From Lama guanicoe (taxonomy: Eukaryota): DNA of 64,000 nt. The notes under the pieces were generated by a model. It had not been told where the DNA came from and did no database searches. It saw only the letters and a list, made by a program, of their open reading frames with translations. The stretch lies in assembly GCA_013239625.1 (NCBI GenBank), contig MU054187.1, positions 8,218,358 to 8,282,357 on the forward strand, read 5' to 3'. Positions 12,501-25,054 of the stretch are shown here, piece after piece (position 1 is the first letter of the stretch; each line of letters opens with the position of its first letter). The translations under genes were made by a program, and so were the position numbers.

Positions 12501-13339
12501 GTCAGACCGTATCACATATATTAGACCTGATGGGCCACCTTGGTTTTTATTTTTTTCTGACTTTGCTTCATCTTTCACTGGAGCACGGCCTAAATCATTT
12601 TTTGAATAAGTCAGTGTTTTGCTTCATCATGTCCTGTCTATCTGGGATTCTTTTTTTGAGAAAGCGTTATCATCTCCTTTGTAAAGATTTGTGGCATCAT
12701 GATTACTTGTATATTACTCTCACACTAAGCTGGGAGTACCACTAGTAGCTTATAGAGATTTGATTCTAAAATACATATGATCAGAGTAACTAGTTGTTAT
12801 TTCTGCATACCTAATCCCTTTTAAAATTAAAACTATACTCATATTTAAAGTTGCCATAGTTGCAGGAATTCTCAAAAGCCTTATTTTTATCTAGTCTTTC
12901 AGTCTCTAAAAGGCAAGCTCTGATTTAACACACTGGCATATTTCTACATCATTCTGCCCCTTACTAGGCATGGACGGGCGATTTTCCCAGGGCAAGCAAG
13001 GAAGCAATCTCAGGATCCAAATACCCCTGATACGACTGCTTACAGTCCTACATCATCCAGAGAGCTCTAGGGTGACCATACTGAGTCCCTCTTATCACTC
13101 CTCCCAAGGCTTGAGGATTGGGATTTAAGGAAGGAGATAAGTTGTAAAAATGATAGAAATGTTATCTTATGCTTTTTGGTTCGTCTGGGATCAATTTTAA
13201 GCTGTGTCAAAGAAATATGGATAATTCTAACCACGATTCATGGTTACAATTACAAATGTGCAAAAATAACTGTCACTTGAAGACCCTCACACAACACAGG
13301 TCACATTTTTGAAAATCTTATGTGCACAATGAATTACCA

Positions 13340-14025
13340 ACAGTAAGGCATCAAGTTGATGAAAATTACAAAGTCTTACAGCAAAAACGTTATTAAGCAT
13401 GTTGGGGGGAAAAGAACTATTAATTCACATTCTAGGGAATATAAACGGCTACGACCACTGCAGAGAACACTTTGTTACTTTCTGATAATAGTGAAGATGC
13501 AAATGCCTGTGACCAGCTTTAGACAGACGCCCTATTCTCCTACATGTGCGTGAGGAAACACGCACAAGGTGGTTCCCATGGTATTGTTTGTGCTAGAAAA
13601 AAAAGTTGGAAATTACCTAAAGGTCCATAAACAAGAGCATGGATGAGCACACTGTGGAACATTCATACAACACTGAACATAAATAACCTATAGCTACACA
13701 CATTATCATGAGTCTCAAAGACATAATATTGTGTGAAAAGCAAGTCACAGACTGTGAACGTGTACGTGCATGTGAGCCTGGTGAAGCTCTATTATACTGT
13801 TTGTGAACACGTTTCCATGCAGTAAAGTGTAAATAAACCCATGGGCATGACAGAAAGCCATTCTGGAGTTGTGGTCAGTTTGACGAGGAAAGAAAAGGAC
13901 ATATAATTCAGAAAGAGCACAAACATGTTCTACTGACTGTTTTTTCATTTAAGCCAGGTAGCAGGTACGCTGGCATTCATTGTATTGACTTTTTGTATTT
14001 TTCTGTGTACCTTAAATAAACACTT
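13340..14025 (+). mobile_element. Old L1M (L1ME-like) ORF2 end/3'UTR
   Basis: 'ggaaattacctaaaggtccataaacaagagcatggatgagcacactgtggaacattcatacaa...tctcaaagacataatattgtgtgaaaagcaag' is degenerate L1 3' sequence. Confidence 0.7.
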
Positions 14026-15639
14026 CTAAAGGTACAATTACTAATAAGAGCCCTCAACATTAAGAATAGCAACCCAAGATACCAAATTTTTTAAATGAAC
14101 ACAAAGAGCGTAGCTTATTATAGAGGGGAAAAAAACTCCGTAAAGGACTATGGAATAAACATTGCAACAAGCGATACATTCAACCAGACACTGAAGTTTA
14201 TATTTGGGTCCAGAAAATGCCCTTGACGTTAATGTGAGAAGATGGCAGGCCACATGCATCCGATTGCTGGGACAGCCATTTTTTGACTCTAGACATTCTG
14301 AGACAATAGCAACTTGAAATCTGGGAGGAACTCACAAAGAGAAGCACGAAACCGAACTGTCTAGAGACGCGTAAAAGCACTCCTCCCTTACTTGAAAATC
14401 AGCCGAAGTTAATTTTAGTCTGCTCAGTGTCAGTATGCATGGTGGCAGGAACATTAGCTCAGGGTTTTATTTTGTTTTTCGTTTTTATTCTTTTTTCACA
14501 GTAAGTCTTTGGTCGAAGGCTAACTGGAGAAGTATTTTTCTAAAGTGAGTACCAGGAGAACGTTCAGGCTCGTGGTCCGCCTGAGTACCAGTCAGCTTTG
14601 AGCAAGAGCCTACACGCTGTTGGAAATCTCAGGCTTATTCGATTTTAGCATTCATTTAGAGTTAAACACTTGTCATCTTCCTGATGAGCTGCAATTATAA
14701 AAATTCTATGAAAGTCTTGAAACGAGCTTTCAGATAACTTTATTATTTAATATCTTCTTAACAATGTCTTTTCAGGCAAGGAATCCACAAGGAACACCTC
14801 CCTTAGAGGAGATTATTCCCATATTCCATTGTCCTTGGGTCTCCATCCTCCAGATTAGGAAATAGAGGTAGCATATAATTACACATTTTCTCTCAGGAAG
14901 GGCGTACTTCTTTTGGTAGCGTGGTAAAGCATTTTAATCAAAACAGAAGTTTGTGAAATATTTATAGTCCTTTAGCCTTGGAATAGTCTTGAAATCCTCT
15001 AAGAAATATCTTCCAAATTTAACCAGTAAAGGACTTGAATGAGTCCAGCAACCAGACCAATAAATCCTGATTTCTTTTTTTTAACAGAGATGTGGAACTC
15101 CACTTTCTCACAATTCTCCAGGCTCCATTAGCCCTTCAATCTTCAACCTAATCATTTAATAATGTCTCCTGTGTCTCTCCGATTTCACATGTCGTCAGTT
15201 TAACCGAGGTTCTCCCACAGCCTCTGCAGTCTCTTCTCTTTCCTGGGCTCCCACTGCCCAGGAAAGAAGTGCTGGAGATATTTCTAGGTCTTCCCAGTCA
15301 ATCAAGGTTTTCTGGGAATGTCACTGGAAATTACAAATGGAGGTTTTATAACCTGAAGCATAAAGTAGATTGATCAATTAAAATTCGCTTACTGTGCTGT
15401 TTGTTTATAGTCACAGAATCCCTGACAGAAAAGAAGGGAAGGTATTCTTGAATAATTTATCATTTGAAATCAAGTTATAAATCTTCAGCAACTTTGAAAG
15501 GTTGCAAGTCAATGTATTTGAGGGTAAACTATCTGAAACCTGATTTGCAGAGACCTCGTCAGCCAGGCTGTAACATCTATAGGAGCCCATGAGGTATCTG
15601 GGAAGATGAGAGCTGGCGTTGAGGGGTACCCCGGGGTGA

Positions 15640-16760
15640 CCACCACCCTGACCAAAATATAGGGCATCTCCATCATGCTCTGAAAGGTCCTTGTGCTTTA
15701 TTTTATTCCAGTCAATTTCTGCCACTGCCCCTGACTTCAGGAACAACTGATCCACTATCTGAAACTACAGATTAGATTTATATTTCTAGAGTTAATAACA
15801 GAGTTTTACTTTTTGCCCTAAAATAATTTGTTTCTTCCAAACTGCTTTTATTTTATTTTGTTTTTCTTCAATGGGTGTACTTTCTTCTCTGTCTTTCGGG
15901 TTGAGGTTTTTCAGAAATGCCTGGTCACCGGTGGTGGTCTGGGCATTGTCAGACCAGTCAGGGGTTAGAAGGGTAATGGGAACGTCTGAGCACACGGGGC
16001 TTGCGGACTCTGAAGTACAGTGTGATCAGCGTGGGCTGCTGTGGGGAAACCTCCTGGTTTTAGAGCTTCAGGTCTTTTTCTTGGGCTGGTGGCCAGAGAA
16101 GAATTTTGCAATCTCCCACGTAGATGAAAGACTGCTAGTGTCCTGGAAACTGAATAGAGCAAAAGGGTTGGGTTCGGGGGTCCTCGGTGTTTATAGTCAA
16201 TATACATAGAGTCCATTTCTTTGTTTTCGGTAGAGCAAGCAGCCCCAAAGACTCAAGTGCAGAGACCTCCCCAACCCACCCTTCATTCTCTCCACAGAAC
16301 CAACTGGCAAACATGCTGAGATACAGGGCAGGCAGTCTCTCAGTGGTTTGGAGTAGGGGTGAGATTCCAAGAATCTCCTGCTTTTTCACCCCATCTTTCT
16401 TATGTTGGCCTCTCCTTTCATCACATCGAGATGCCTGCAACTGACAGGTTCAGAGACTTTTGAGAATTCTAATCTGAGTTCAAATTAGGTTGATCCTCAG
16501 TGTTCTCTGCTATCAGCTTAAGACTCAGCTTTCTGGGCTCTGCTGAGTCAGTTACCACGTGTCTCTCTATTTTCCAGCTCTCAGTAGATTGTGGTTATTG
16601 CTCTCCTTCCCATTTTTCTCATTCTTGTGTGTTTACATCATTTTAAAACATCTCTTAGTTTTATTGCTAAGAATGTTTAGAGAGAATAAAATTAGGTGCA
16701 TGAGCTCAATCTATTTACCTTAATCCAAAACCTTCCCACGGTAAGATATTTCATACTTCA
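15640..16760 (-). mobile_element. Old L1M/HAL1-like fragments (3'UTR piece and 5' region)
   Basis: 'accaccctgaccaaaatatagggcatctccatcat' is antisense L1ME 3'UTR. 'ttctgggctctgctgagtcagttaccac...ttttccagct' is an L1M/HAL1 5'-region-like motif. Confidence 0.45.
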
Positions 16761-17333
16761 GTACATGCAAAGATTAATCAAATACATAAACTCCTACAGA
16801 ATAAAGGATTTAACTACTTTCAGTTGTTAAAATAATTTGGCCAATAGAAAATTTTCATACAATTGTACATTATTCTTACTTTCCTAATACAGAGTTATGC
16901 ATTAGGCACAATTTGAGGGAACCCTCTACTCATTATACTGTGAAACCACTATTATGATAAGAGGAATAATTATAAAACAACACCTTAAGGCATGAATTAG
17001 GTAAAAATCTCCAGTTACGATTTTTAAATAATGAATTAAGTCCTCTGATGTTATTACTTTTAGACCAAAGATTACTACTTTATTTAGAATTTACATTCAT
17101 TTGCACAGCAATGTTCCCAGCCTAAAAGTGTTAGTTTCCCTGAATTAAAGCATGAGTGAAGATGTCCGAAAAGGTAGCAGGAATAGGATATTTGGGATTC
17201 TGTTTCTGTGCAGGATGGCTGCTATACTTGCAGTAAAGTATCAAAGACAAAACCCTGCCTTGAATCACAAACACTGCACCCAATGGGAATGCAACTCCCC
17301 CAGAAAGGCAGGCTGAGAATGTTCACTGGGGAC

Positions 17334-17362
17334 AAAAAAAAAAAAAAAAAAAAAAAAAAAAA
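17334..17362 (+). repeat. Poly(A) tract (A29)
   Basis: Direct observation. No clear TSD. Confidence 0.95.
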
Positions 17363-17401
17363 CACCCAAAAACTATTGTGAGCGCAGTTTGGAGTCAGGG
17401 C

Positions 17402-17592
17402 TAGGATTGCCAAATAGAATACAGGATATCTAGTTCAATTTCAATTCCAGATAAACAATGAATAATTTTTTTAGTTTATACCTCAAATATTGCATGGCAC
17501 ATAATTCACTAAAAAAAAAATATTTCTTGTTTATCTGAAATTGAAATTGAACTGGGCAGCCTGTATTTTTATTTGTTAAATCTGGCAACGGA
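17402..17592. mobile_element. MER53 palindromic hAT MITE
   Basis: 'taggattgccaaatagaatacagg...cagataaacaatgaataatttt...tgtttatctgaaatt...cctgtatttttatttgttaaatctggcaac'. A near-full-length fold-back element. Confidence 0.9.
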
Positions 17593-18279
17593 GATCATAG
17601 CCTTCCATCTAGAATCAGAATCTCTAATAAAGTTGAGGTCAAAGAAATAAAAAATTTAAAAGCCCTGGAAAAAGAAACTCAGGGCTGAGGGCAGCCGACA
17701 CCGTGATGGAGGAGCATTGCTTCAGGAGTGAAAGAGAGAATGGTACAATCCACAGGGCAGATGCGGAGAGCTCCGCGCTGCTCAGGGCTGGCGGGGGAGG
17801 CCCTCTAAGGTCCCCTTAACCAGATGGAAAGGGTTTAAAGGGACGGAGGCTATTCGAAGGGCAGGAGGGGACTGCGTCTCTGCTATTAGCTTCACTGTGC
17901 TCCTGGGCCAGTGAGACCCAGAGCTCTGAAGTGAAACTTCAGTGTAACAAGCGCAGAGCATGTTTACACTGCGGCATTTTAAACTGACAGGAGGCAGCAG
18001 TAAGAGAGTTGCCAACAGGGCATTAGATTAAAGTTAAATTATTGTATTTTAAATAATACCTTTCTTGGTAGGACTGGACCGTTTCTAAGTATCTTTACTT
18101 TTTTCCCCATTCTTACGCCCTAACCTCTGTTAGTGTCTACAAGGAAGGATTTAATATGAATTTTCAGAACAGCTCTTTTATGTGTTTAGTTTTTAAATTT
18201 CTCTACTGTTTCTCTGTAGGAGCACACATGACCAGAGCCTACTGCCCCCCGAGGATTCTTCCCCAGGCTCTTCATTCAG

Positions 18280-18500
18280 TAACACACACCTTTGGGAAGA
18301 CAGAAGACATCCTAAAATCAGACAGCTACAGGAATCCCCAAATTGCCCAACCATTTCCCTTCCCCAGGCAGGCGCCCGTTCATAGCAGCCTAGATAGCTG
18401 GCTGTCTGACCTGCGTTTGAAGACTTCCAGGGAAGAAATGAGCAGAGCATCTCTCTGCGGGAGTAATAAAGAGATTCCTTTTCATTTCCTTCTTTCTGTT
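18280..18500 (-). mobile_element. CR1/L3 LINE fragment
   Basis: 'ggctgtctgacctgcgtttgaagacttccagggaaga' resembles antisense L3. Confidence 0.4.
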
Positions 18501-19455
18501 ATTTTCAGACTTTGCTTGACCTAGGATTGAAACTCTGATTTCAATTTATTTTAAAACAGTGATTCTTCTCAAAAAGAAACAATTACTAAGCTAAAAACGT
18601 GGCTGCTCCTTCCACGCCTGCGTGACCTGGGGCAGCTTTGCAAGCTCTGACTCATGGCCCGTGGCCAGCAAGCAGATGTGTCTAACAGCCTCAGTTTCCT
18701 TCCTTCCCAGGTTCTGTATAATTGCCTCTTCTTTGAATATTTTTTTGAGGAGGATTGTCTGGATCCATGATGGAGAGAAGGAAAATAAGTGCATAATGAC
18801 TTTATGGGCTACCTAACAGTGTTTTCAGTAGTCACCTTTTAAAATTGCCTGCAAATAACATTAAATATATTGAGATCTTGCTTTTATCAATAAAAATAGT
18901 AGATTCCTTCCCAATGCTTCCTAAATCTTGTCATTGGACATTTTAATTAAAAACTATGGCTTTTCCATGTTTTGAGCTCTTGAAACGGTTACCTGTTCTA
19001 CTAAGAGATACAGCGCAGTACCCAGCAACTCTGTCGTTGTACATGAGAGACAGACGTGCAACAACACATAGTCATTGACATGAATACGTACCCATAAGTC
19101 ATCTAGGGGTTTATTTTTCTTGGAAGGATCAGTCTTAAAAGTGCAGGTGAAAAAACAATTGGCTGGGCTTTTCCCTTTGAAGCTCGAGCCCCGCCCCTGG
19201 TCTGAGAACAGGTCATCCCCAGGGCTGCTCTCTCTCTATCTTTTCCTATGTGAAAAGAAATCCCCCCAAATTTAAATCATCTCCAGGATGTCCTTCACAG
19301 CTTCGGATTCGCCTCCGAGTCTTTATGTTTCTTTTATTAAAAGTAAGGTGTCAAAGAACTATGTTCTCTTGGCCTCTACCCTTATTTTAGTATTCTGGGT
19401 CATTTAGCAGGTGGCCTGCAGGTCACCCACACACCCAGTGACACTTCAGTGAAGC

Positions 19456-19690
19456 CAGTTGTTCTCAACTGGGGGCAATTTTACTCCTCCAGGGGCCATT
19501 TGGTTCTGTCCGGAAACATTTTTGGTTGTTATGATTGGGGGGAAGGAGTGTTCCAACCGGAATTTAATGAGCAGAGCAAAGGGCCGCTGCTAGCCATCCT
19601 ACAACACATAGGAGGGTGACCTCCCTCCCCACCCAGCAACAAAGCAGTGGCCAGTCCAATCGTCAAGAGAGTCACTCTTGAGAAGCCCCA
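19456..19690. mobile_element. MER20 hAT-Charlie element, near full length
   Basis: 'cagttgttctcaactgggggcaattttactcc...catttttggttgt...gctgctagccatcctacaacacatagg...ttgagaagccc'. Confidence 0.9.
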
Positions 19691-20177
19691 GATTAAATCA
19701 AGGAAGGATGACTTGGCGTCTCTTCTTCCTCTTTCCCAGGTCAACTCCCTTTCTTCCTGTTTCCATGTTCACGCCTCAAACTCAGAATAGTGAGTCCTCG
19801 GTTTCTCCGGCCATAGCAGCCCAGACGCAAGTACGCAGAAATGGTGGCCTCTCTCACCCTTGGCCGACTAACCCCATCCAAGGTAAGTCTAGGCTCGTGT
19901 GCAAAGCCCAGCAGAGAAGACACCTGTGCCCTCAGCACATTTTCCTGGAACCCTTTCCATGGCCACAACGGAGGCCACTGTGCAGAGCTCGGGAATTTAT
20001 TTTATGACCTGAAAAATAATCAACACAATGAGAAGACCAGGAAAGAAAGCTGTATTACAGCCCTTCCTGACCACTTTCCAGAACGCTCTCTCACATGCCA
20101 GGCACGGCATCTCTGGTGGTTAGGTAATGCTAAACGGATTGAATACAGTGGCTGGTGGTTAGTTTTTTCTATCACTC

Positions 20178-20179
<2 letters not shown>

Positions 20180-20244
<65 letters not shown>
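20180..20244 (+). repeat. (TTA)n microsatellite, about 21 perfect units
   Basis: Direct observation. Confidence 0.98.
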
Positions 20245-20429
20245 TTCCTCCAGAACATAAAATTATCGGGGCCTGTTCATATACTCAAAATTGAACTCAA
20301 ATCAGAGAATGCAAAGAGAGGCCATGCACTCAGCCTCCTCCCTCAGGGAAGCTGTTCTCAGTCACACGGCAGTCAGGACCAGGCTCTCCAGGACAGGGGG
20401 GTTTCTGGAGCTTTTCAAGGAACAGGAAG

Positions 20430-20550
20430 CAGCATCTGCATCAGCCCTGTGAGGACAGGGGTAAGTCTCACTTATTCGTTGCTCTGTCCTCATCACTCAG
20501 CATAGTTCCTGGAGACAGCAGGTGCTTATAAAATATGTGCTGAGTTGTTG
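20430..20550 (+). mobile_element. L2 3' end
   Basis: 'ctgtgaggacagggg...ctcagcatagttcctggagacagcaggtgcttataaaatatgtgctga'. Confidence 0.6.
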
Positions 20551-21602
20551 ACCAAAGTGCTCGACCGTGTGTTCTAATACAGAACCTAAATCCTATGAGA
20601 ATCAGAGCAAAGAAAAGTGTCAGATTGAGGGAGACAGGGCCAGTCCCACGAGGAGGTGAACCTTGAAGAGACAGTTGACTTTGCATGGGTGGAGGGGAGA
20701 GAGGAGGCATCCAGGGAGGGGAAGGGCTCAAGCAAAGGCAAAAGGCAAAGCGGGAAGACAGCGCATCGCATCATGCGGGTATCAGACTGACTAAATTAAC
20801 GTGCTCAGGAAGGAGACTGGCGGGAAACCACACTGAACTATGTTCTCTGGGTATGAACGCTGTGTGGGTGATTAACCTCATCTGGGGACACAGTTCCCTA
20901 AGACAGGAGAGCAATCTTAGATGACAGTTACAGGAACTCTTGGGGAAATGGGAAGTCATTCATGAATATGGAAAGGTTTGTCCTTATACAGATCTCCAAA
21001 AGTAATTAATTCTAGCCTAAGGCTCTTAGATGAATCAGATCCCTTTTGTCCACAGTGAGCAAAGCTTGTCTGGAAAGAGCGGGGTCACGGCGCAGGCACC
21101 CTGCGCTAGCATCTGAACGTGCATGTCGGCACAGCCTGCCCGGCTCAGTTTCTCCCCACCATCAACCAGAGGGCTGCGGAGGGGGTAGAAGCCAAGGCGT
21201 CTCCAGAACTGAGGAACCAATTTAGGAAGAAGAGGAAGACTGAGGTATTTGACAAATTCAATACATGAGAACACTTTGGGGCTTGAATTATCTTGACAAC
21301 TTGTATCTACTGCCTTCTCTGATTATAGACAGAGCCTTTATAGCTGGAGATTCAGCTGATCATTTATAAATTGCCCCACAGCAATTAAAAACCACCTATA
21401 TATACATTTTAAAATAGGGCAATATTTTGTTTTAAAATATCTCCCTATAATTGCAAACAAATTCAGGTAGCAATATTCTCTTTCTGACTATTGGCTTTTC
21501 TTACAAATAAAAACATCAAAATGATGATAGTGGTAACTTTTGCCAGGGGTCGGCAGTGCAGATTTTAACAAAGAGGAGGTTTTCACTCACCAGCTTAGCT
21601 GC

Positions 21603-21621
21603 TGGTGCCATCTAGTGACCA
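21603..21621 (-). promoter_or_regulatory. CTCF-like motif
   Basis: The reverse complement TGGTCACTAGATGGCACCA closely matches the CTCF core consensus. Motif match only. Confidence 0.5.
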
Positions 21622-23119
21622 ATCCAATTGACAAACAAAGATGGGTCGGGAAAATGTACTCAGAAGAGTTTGATACAATCTTTTCTTTAATATCTCTAAT
21701 TGATAACACCGCAGAGAAAGAAACTGGATATGCATAATATTCATGCTGTAATTTGAAAGTTACTAAAGGGAATAAATAGAAAGAAGTTACTAACCCATTT
21801 CACAGAAAATACGCCTGAACGTAAAAGTGCTCACATTGAGATTAGTGATTTATAAAGCAAATAAGCAAAGATTCTGGAACCATCTTTCTACGAAAGGTTA
21901 AACACAGGAATAATGACAAATTGCTAACAGTTCTCACTTCTCTGAGAATATCATACAAAATAAAATTTTAGTGTGTCTTTAAATTGAGGGTTGGAGCGGA
22001 ATGGAAACCCGCAACTTATCTGGAACACAGAATATTTCATCATCACCATTGAAAACTAGAATGGTTAAAATTCCAAATTTGAAACCTTATGATTTTCTTC
22101 TTTAAAAGCGCTTACCCCCTTTAGGCCGTAAGGAGTGAAAACCCAAGTCTTATTTACAGAAAGATTTATCTGAGGAAGTTTTTCTCTCCGTGTCTTGCTA
22201 CTTTTGTTGATTTCAAATCAGCGCAGGCCGCGGGCTACCAGCACGTGCTGCAAAGACCAAGGGCAGCGTGCAGCGGGTCGCTAGTTAAGCATCCCCTGGG
22301 TCCCTGTGGGGAAACAGACGCAATATCTGAAATGGCCCTGGGAGACCCCGAGGCTTCGTTAATAGAACCACTTTCCACACAGGCACCACCGCTTACGACG
22401 CTGTCCAGCCTGTAGCCTCTGACAAGGAAACACAAGGTTCTCAGCCTCCTTGGTTTTGAGTCACTGGATTGCTCTCGTTGTTGTCACTGTTGTTGTGACA
22501 GGTGCTTAGGACACGTCGTGATGTTGCCCAGCAATGAACCATGTGAGGTTTTGATGAGCTTCCTCAGATATGAGGCGCTTATGCTCCTGACAAGTTTTCA
22601 GTAAAACAAATGCTTGGAACGGTGTCCCTGCGTGAACTTGTCCTGAGTCATTGCCTCTTCCCTGTCCCGTTCGTCTTATGAGCAGTGGCTTTTCCAGACA
22701 GACAATGGATAAACGGTGGGAGCCGTGCACAAAAAGTAAGGAGCTCCCACACGACATCCAGTCTTTCACATTGTTTTTATAAAGATGACTCGTTGTTAAA
22801 ATCACTCGCATACTTGTTCACTTATTTCACCCATGGTTATGTCCTTAAATATTTATCAAACAACTGTGGTACATGGGCTATTATACCCAGGAGGGTGAAA
22901 TCAGTCTTTGTTCTCAAGGTGACCAGTGGGAGAAAGCAAGAATAGCATTTGCCAATGGAAGGCTGGGCAGGAGAAGCACGAATGAGGACTCCAGAATTTC
23001 AGAGGCAAAAGAAATCCCAGCACGTTAAGAAGTCAGAAAAAAATGAGGACATTTTACAGCAATGCCACTCAACCTGGGTGTTGAAGAGGAGATAATGTAC
23101 ATGTCGGTGGAGAGAAATG

Positions 23120-23570
23120 AGAAGTAAGAGCAATTCCAAGCTGAAACTGCAAATACGGAGGGCTAAGGAGCGACCAGCTGACCAGACACATGAACGGGTA
23201 CTGGGCACTAACGGGATACTGAGCTCTGAAAAAAGGCTTTCCTTGTTAGTCAACGGAGCCAATGAGAGTTGTGAATAAGAAAGCAAGTTTGCTGGAGCAG
23301 TGTTGTGGGAGGGTTAAAAGAGCCTTCACAAATGTCCATCCGGCACATGGATAGGATGAAGAACAAAGGAGAACCTAGAGGTGGGGTACAGCAGAGAGGC
23401 TGCCTCACAGCTTGAATCAGGAATGGAAACGAGGAAACAAACCAGATATTGCAGAGATAGAAGCGGTAGCATTTAGTGACCACTTGGACTTGCAGAAAGA
23501 AGAAAAAGAGAAGATGGGAGAAGAGTTAAAATCAATTCACGTTTTAAGCCTGGGTGACTGGATTATGTAA
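23120..23570 (-). mobile_element. L2 fragment
   Basis: Purine-rich 'agatattgcagagatagaagcggtagcatttagtgaccacttgga...gttttaagcctgggtgactgg' is typical antisense L2. Confidence 0.6.
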
Positions 23571-23789
23571 AAGCAACAGACGGAAGAGAGGTAGGGGAGA
23601 GAACTCGCTTGCAAGACAAATATTGTACTGACAAACACAGAATATAAACCCAGTTCACATGATCAAAAATACATATTATCCTTAGAATCAGAAAACCTGA
23701 GATCTGAAAGAGACCTCTGAATAATGAAGCCCCATTCCCTTAAAGGTAAAACCCAAGATACAGCATCCTTAAGGGCGACAGGGAGATTC

Positions 23790-24170
23790 TGAGTGTCTAA
23801 CTGTGTCCATGATGAGGAGCTCAGTACATCATAGGGTCAAGCGTTGTATCTCTGGATAATCTATTCATTATGAAACACTTTCTTCTAGTCAACTAAATCT
23901 TACCTTTCTGTGATTTCTTGTTTGTTCACCCTAACCATGTTTAGAACACAACACAACATTCTCCTTTACAAGATGTATTTTCTTTGCTTCACAGCAGTTA
24001 TGTTCCTTTTTTCCCTCCAAAGTAGCAGTTATCAATTCCTTCGTCTATTTCTCAGGCAAAATTATTTACACATACCTTGCTGTCTTGATGATCCCTTTCT
24101 GGAAATTCTTCAAAATGTGCACTTCCCTTGGAAATATCGAATCTACAGTTGAGAAACCCTCAAGCTGTAA
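23790..24170 (-). mobile_element. CR1/L3 LINE fragment
   Basis: 'gatgaggagctcagtac', 'aactaaatcttacctttctgtgatttc', 'ttccttcgtctatttctca' and 'cttgatgatccctttctgga' follow antisense L3. Confidence 0.55.
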
Positions 24171-25054
24171 TGTCTGCCTGATTGCAGAGCCCATGTTCTT
24201 AACCAACACATGAACTTCCTCCTTGAAAGTACAATTACAGGTTGAAAAACGTCTCCTTAGGAAAGTCCAAAATTATGGATATGAAAAGACACTCCTTAAT
24301 TTAAGTACAGCACTTGACATAAAGGGGAATTTCCGTAGCTTTTAAGCAATACTTTATGGCCAATTCTGATTGCAGAGCCCTGAGTTTATATACAGAGTCG
24401 GAAAAGGCCATCTTTAAGAGATGGTCCACAGACATCCTGGTCTTGGGGAAAGAACACCTGTCACTCAAGGTCAAGAAACTTCAGAGTCTCAGCTCTACTG
24501 CTCTTTAGGAGAGAGGTCTTTGAGTTTCCGTTTCTTTTCTTCCAAAGTGAGGATAAATACACCCACGTCTCTCATGACCACTGAAGTATCAAAATCAAAA
24601 TAGAACAATGTACGTGAAGTGAACTGTGTGAATGTTTCACAGTTTTAAGAAGCTGTTTGTGCAGATGAGGAGCTGAGGCACAAAGTGCCCTGCACTAGGC
24701 TCTCAGGATTAGACGGGTCTCCCTGTGCACCGTGAGAACCACGTGCTGGAGTCGGCGGGGGCATCTCCTCCAGTCACACCACTGAGAGAGTGAGAGTGAA
24801 TTAATCCGCGCTCACCCCTAACCTCCCATTGCCAGTCACTGAGGTCTGTTGCTTCCACCCCTCCCCCAATATCCTTCTCTAATCGCCCTTATAATTGCTT
24901 TCATTCACCTCTTTAACTTCTATCTGCTGCTCACTCGACCACTAAGCAAATGGAGTGCCTACCAGGTCCCAGGCAGTGTCAGCCACTGGAAATGTGAAGA
25001 TGAATAAAATTTGATTCCAGTTTTCCAGGGGTTCACAGTCTTTTTTTAAAAAAG

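Noticed and set aside
1332..14243. Shared 14-mer gttaatgtgagaag at about 1332 and about 14227
   Set aside because: The flanks do not extend the match, so it is consistent with chance.
19841..20505. ORFs with poly-Leu or poly-Ile resembling transmembrane segments
   Set aside because: They are translations of the (TTA)n microsatellite.
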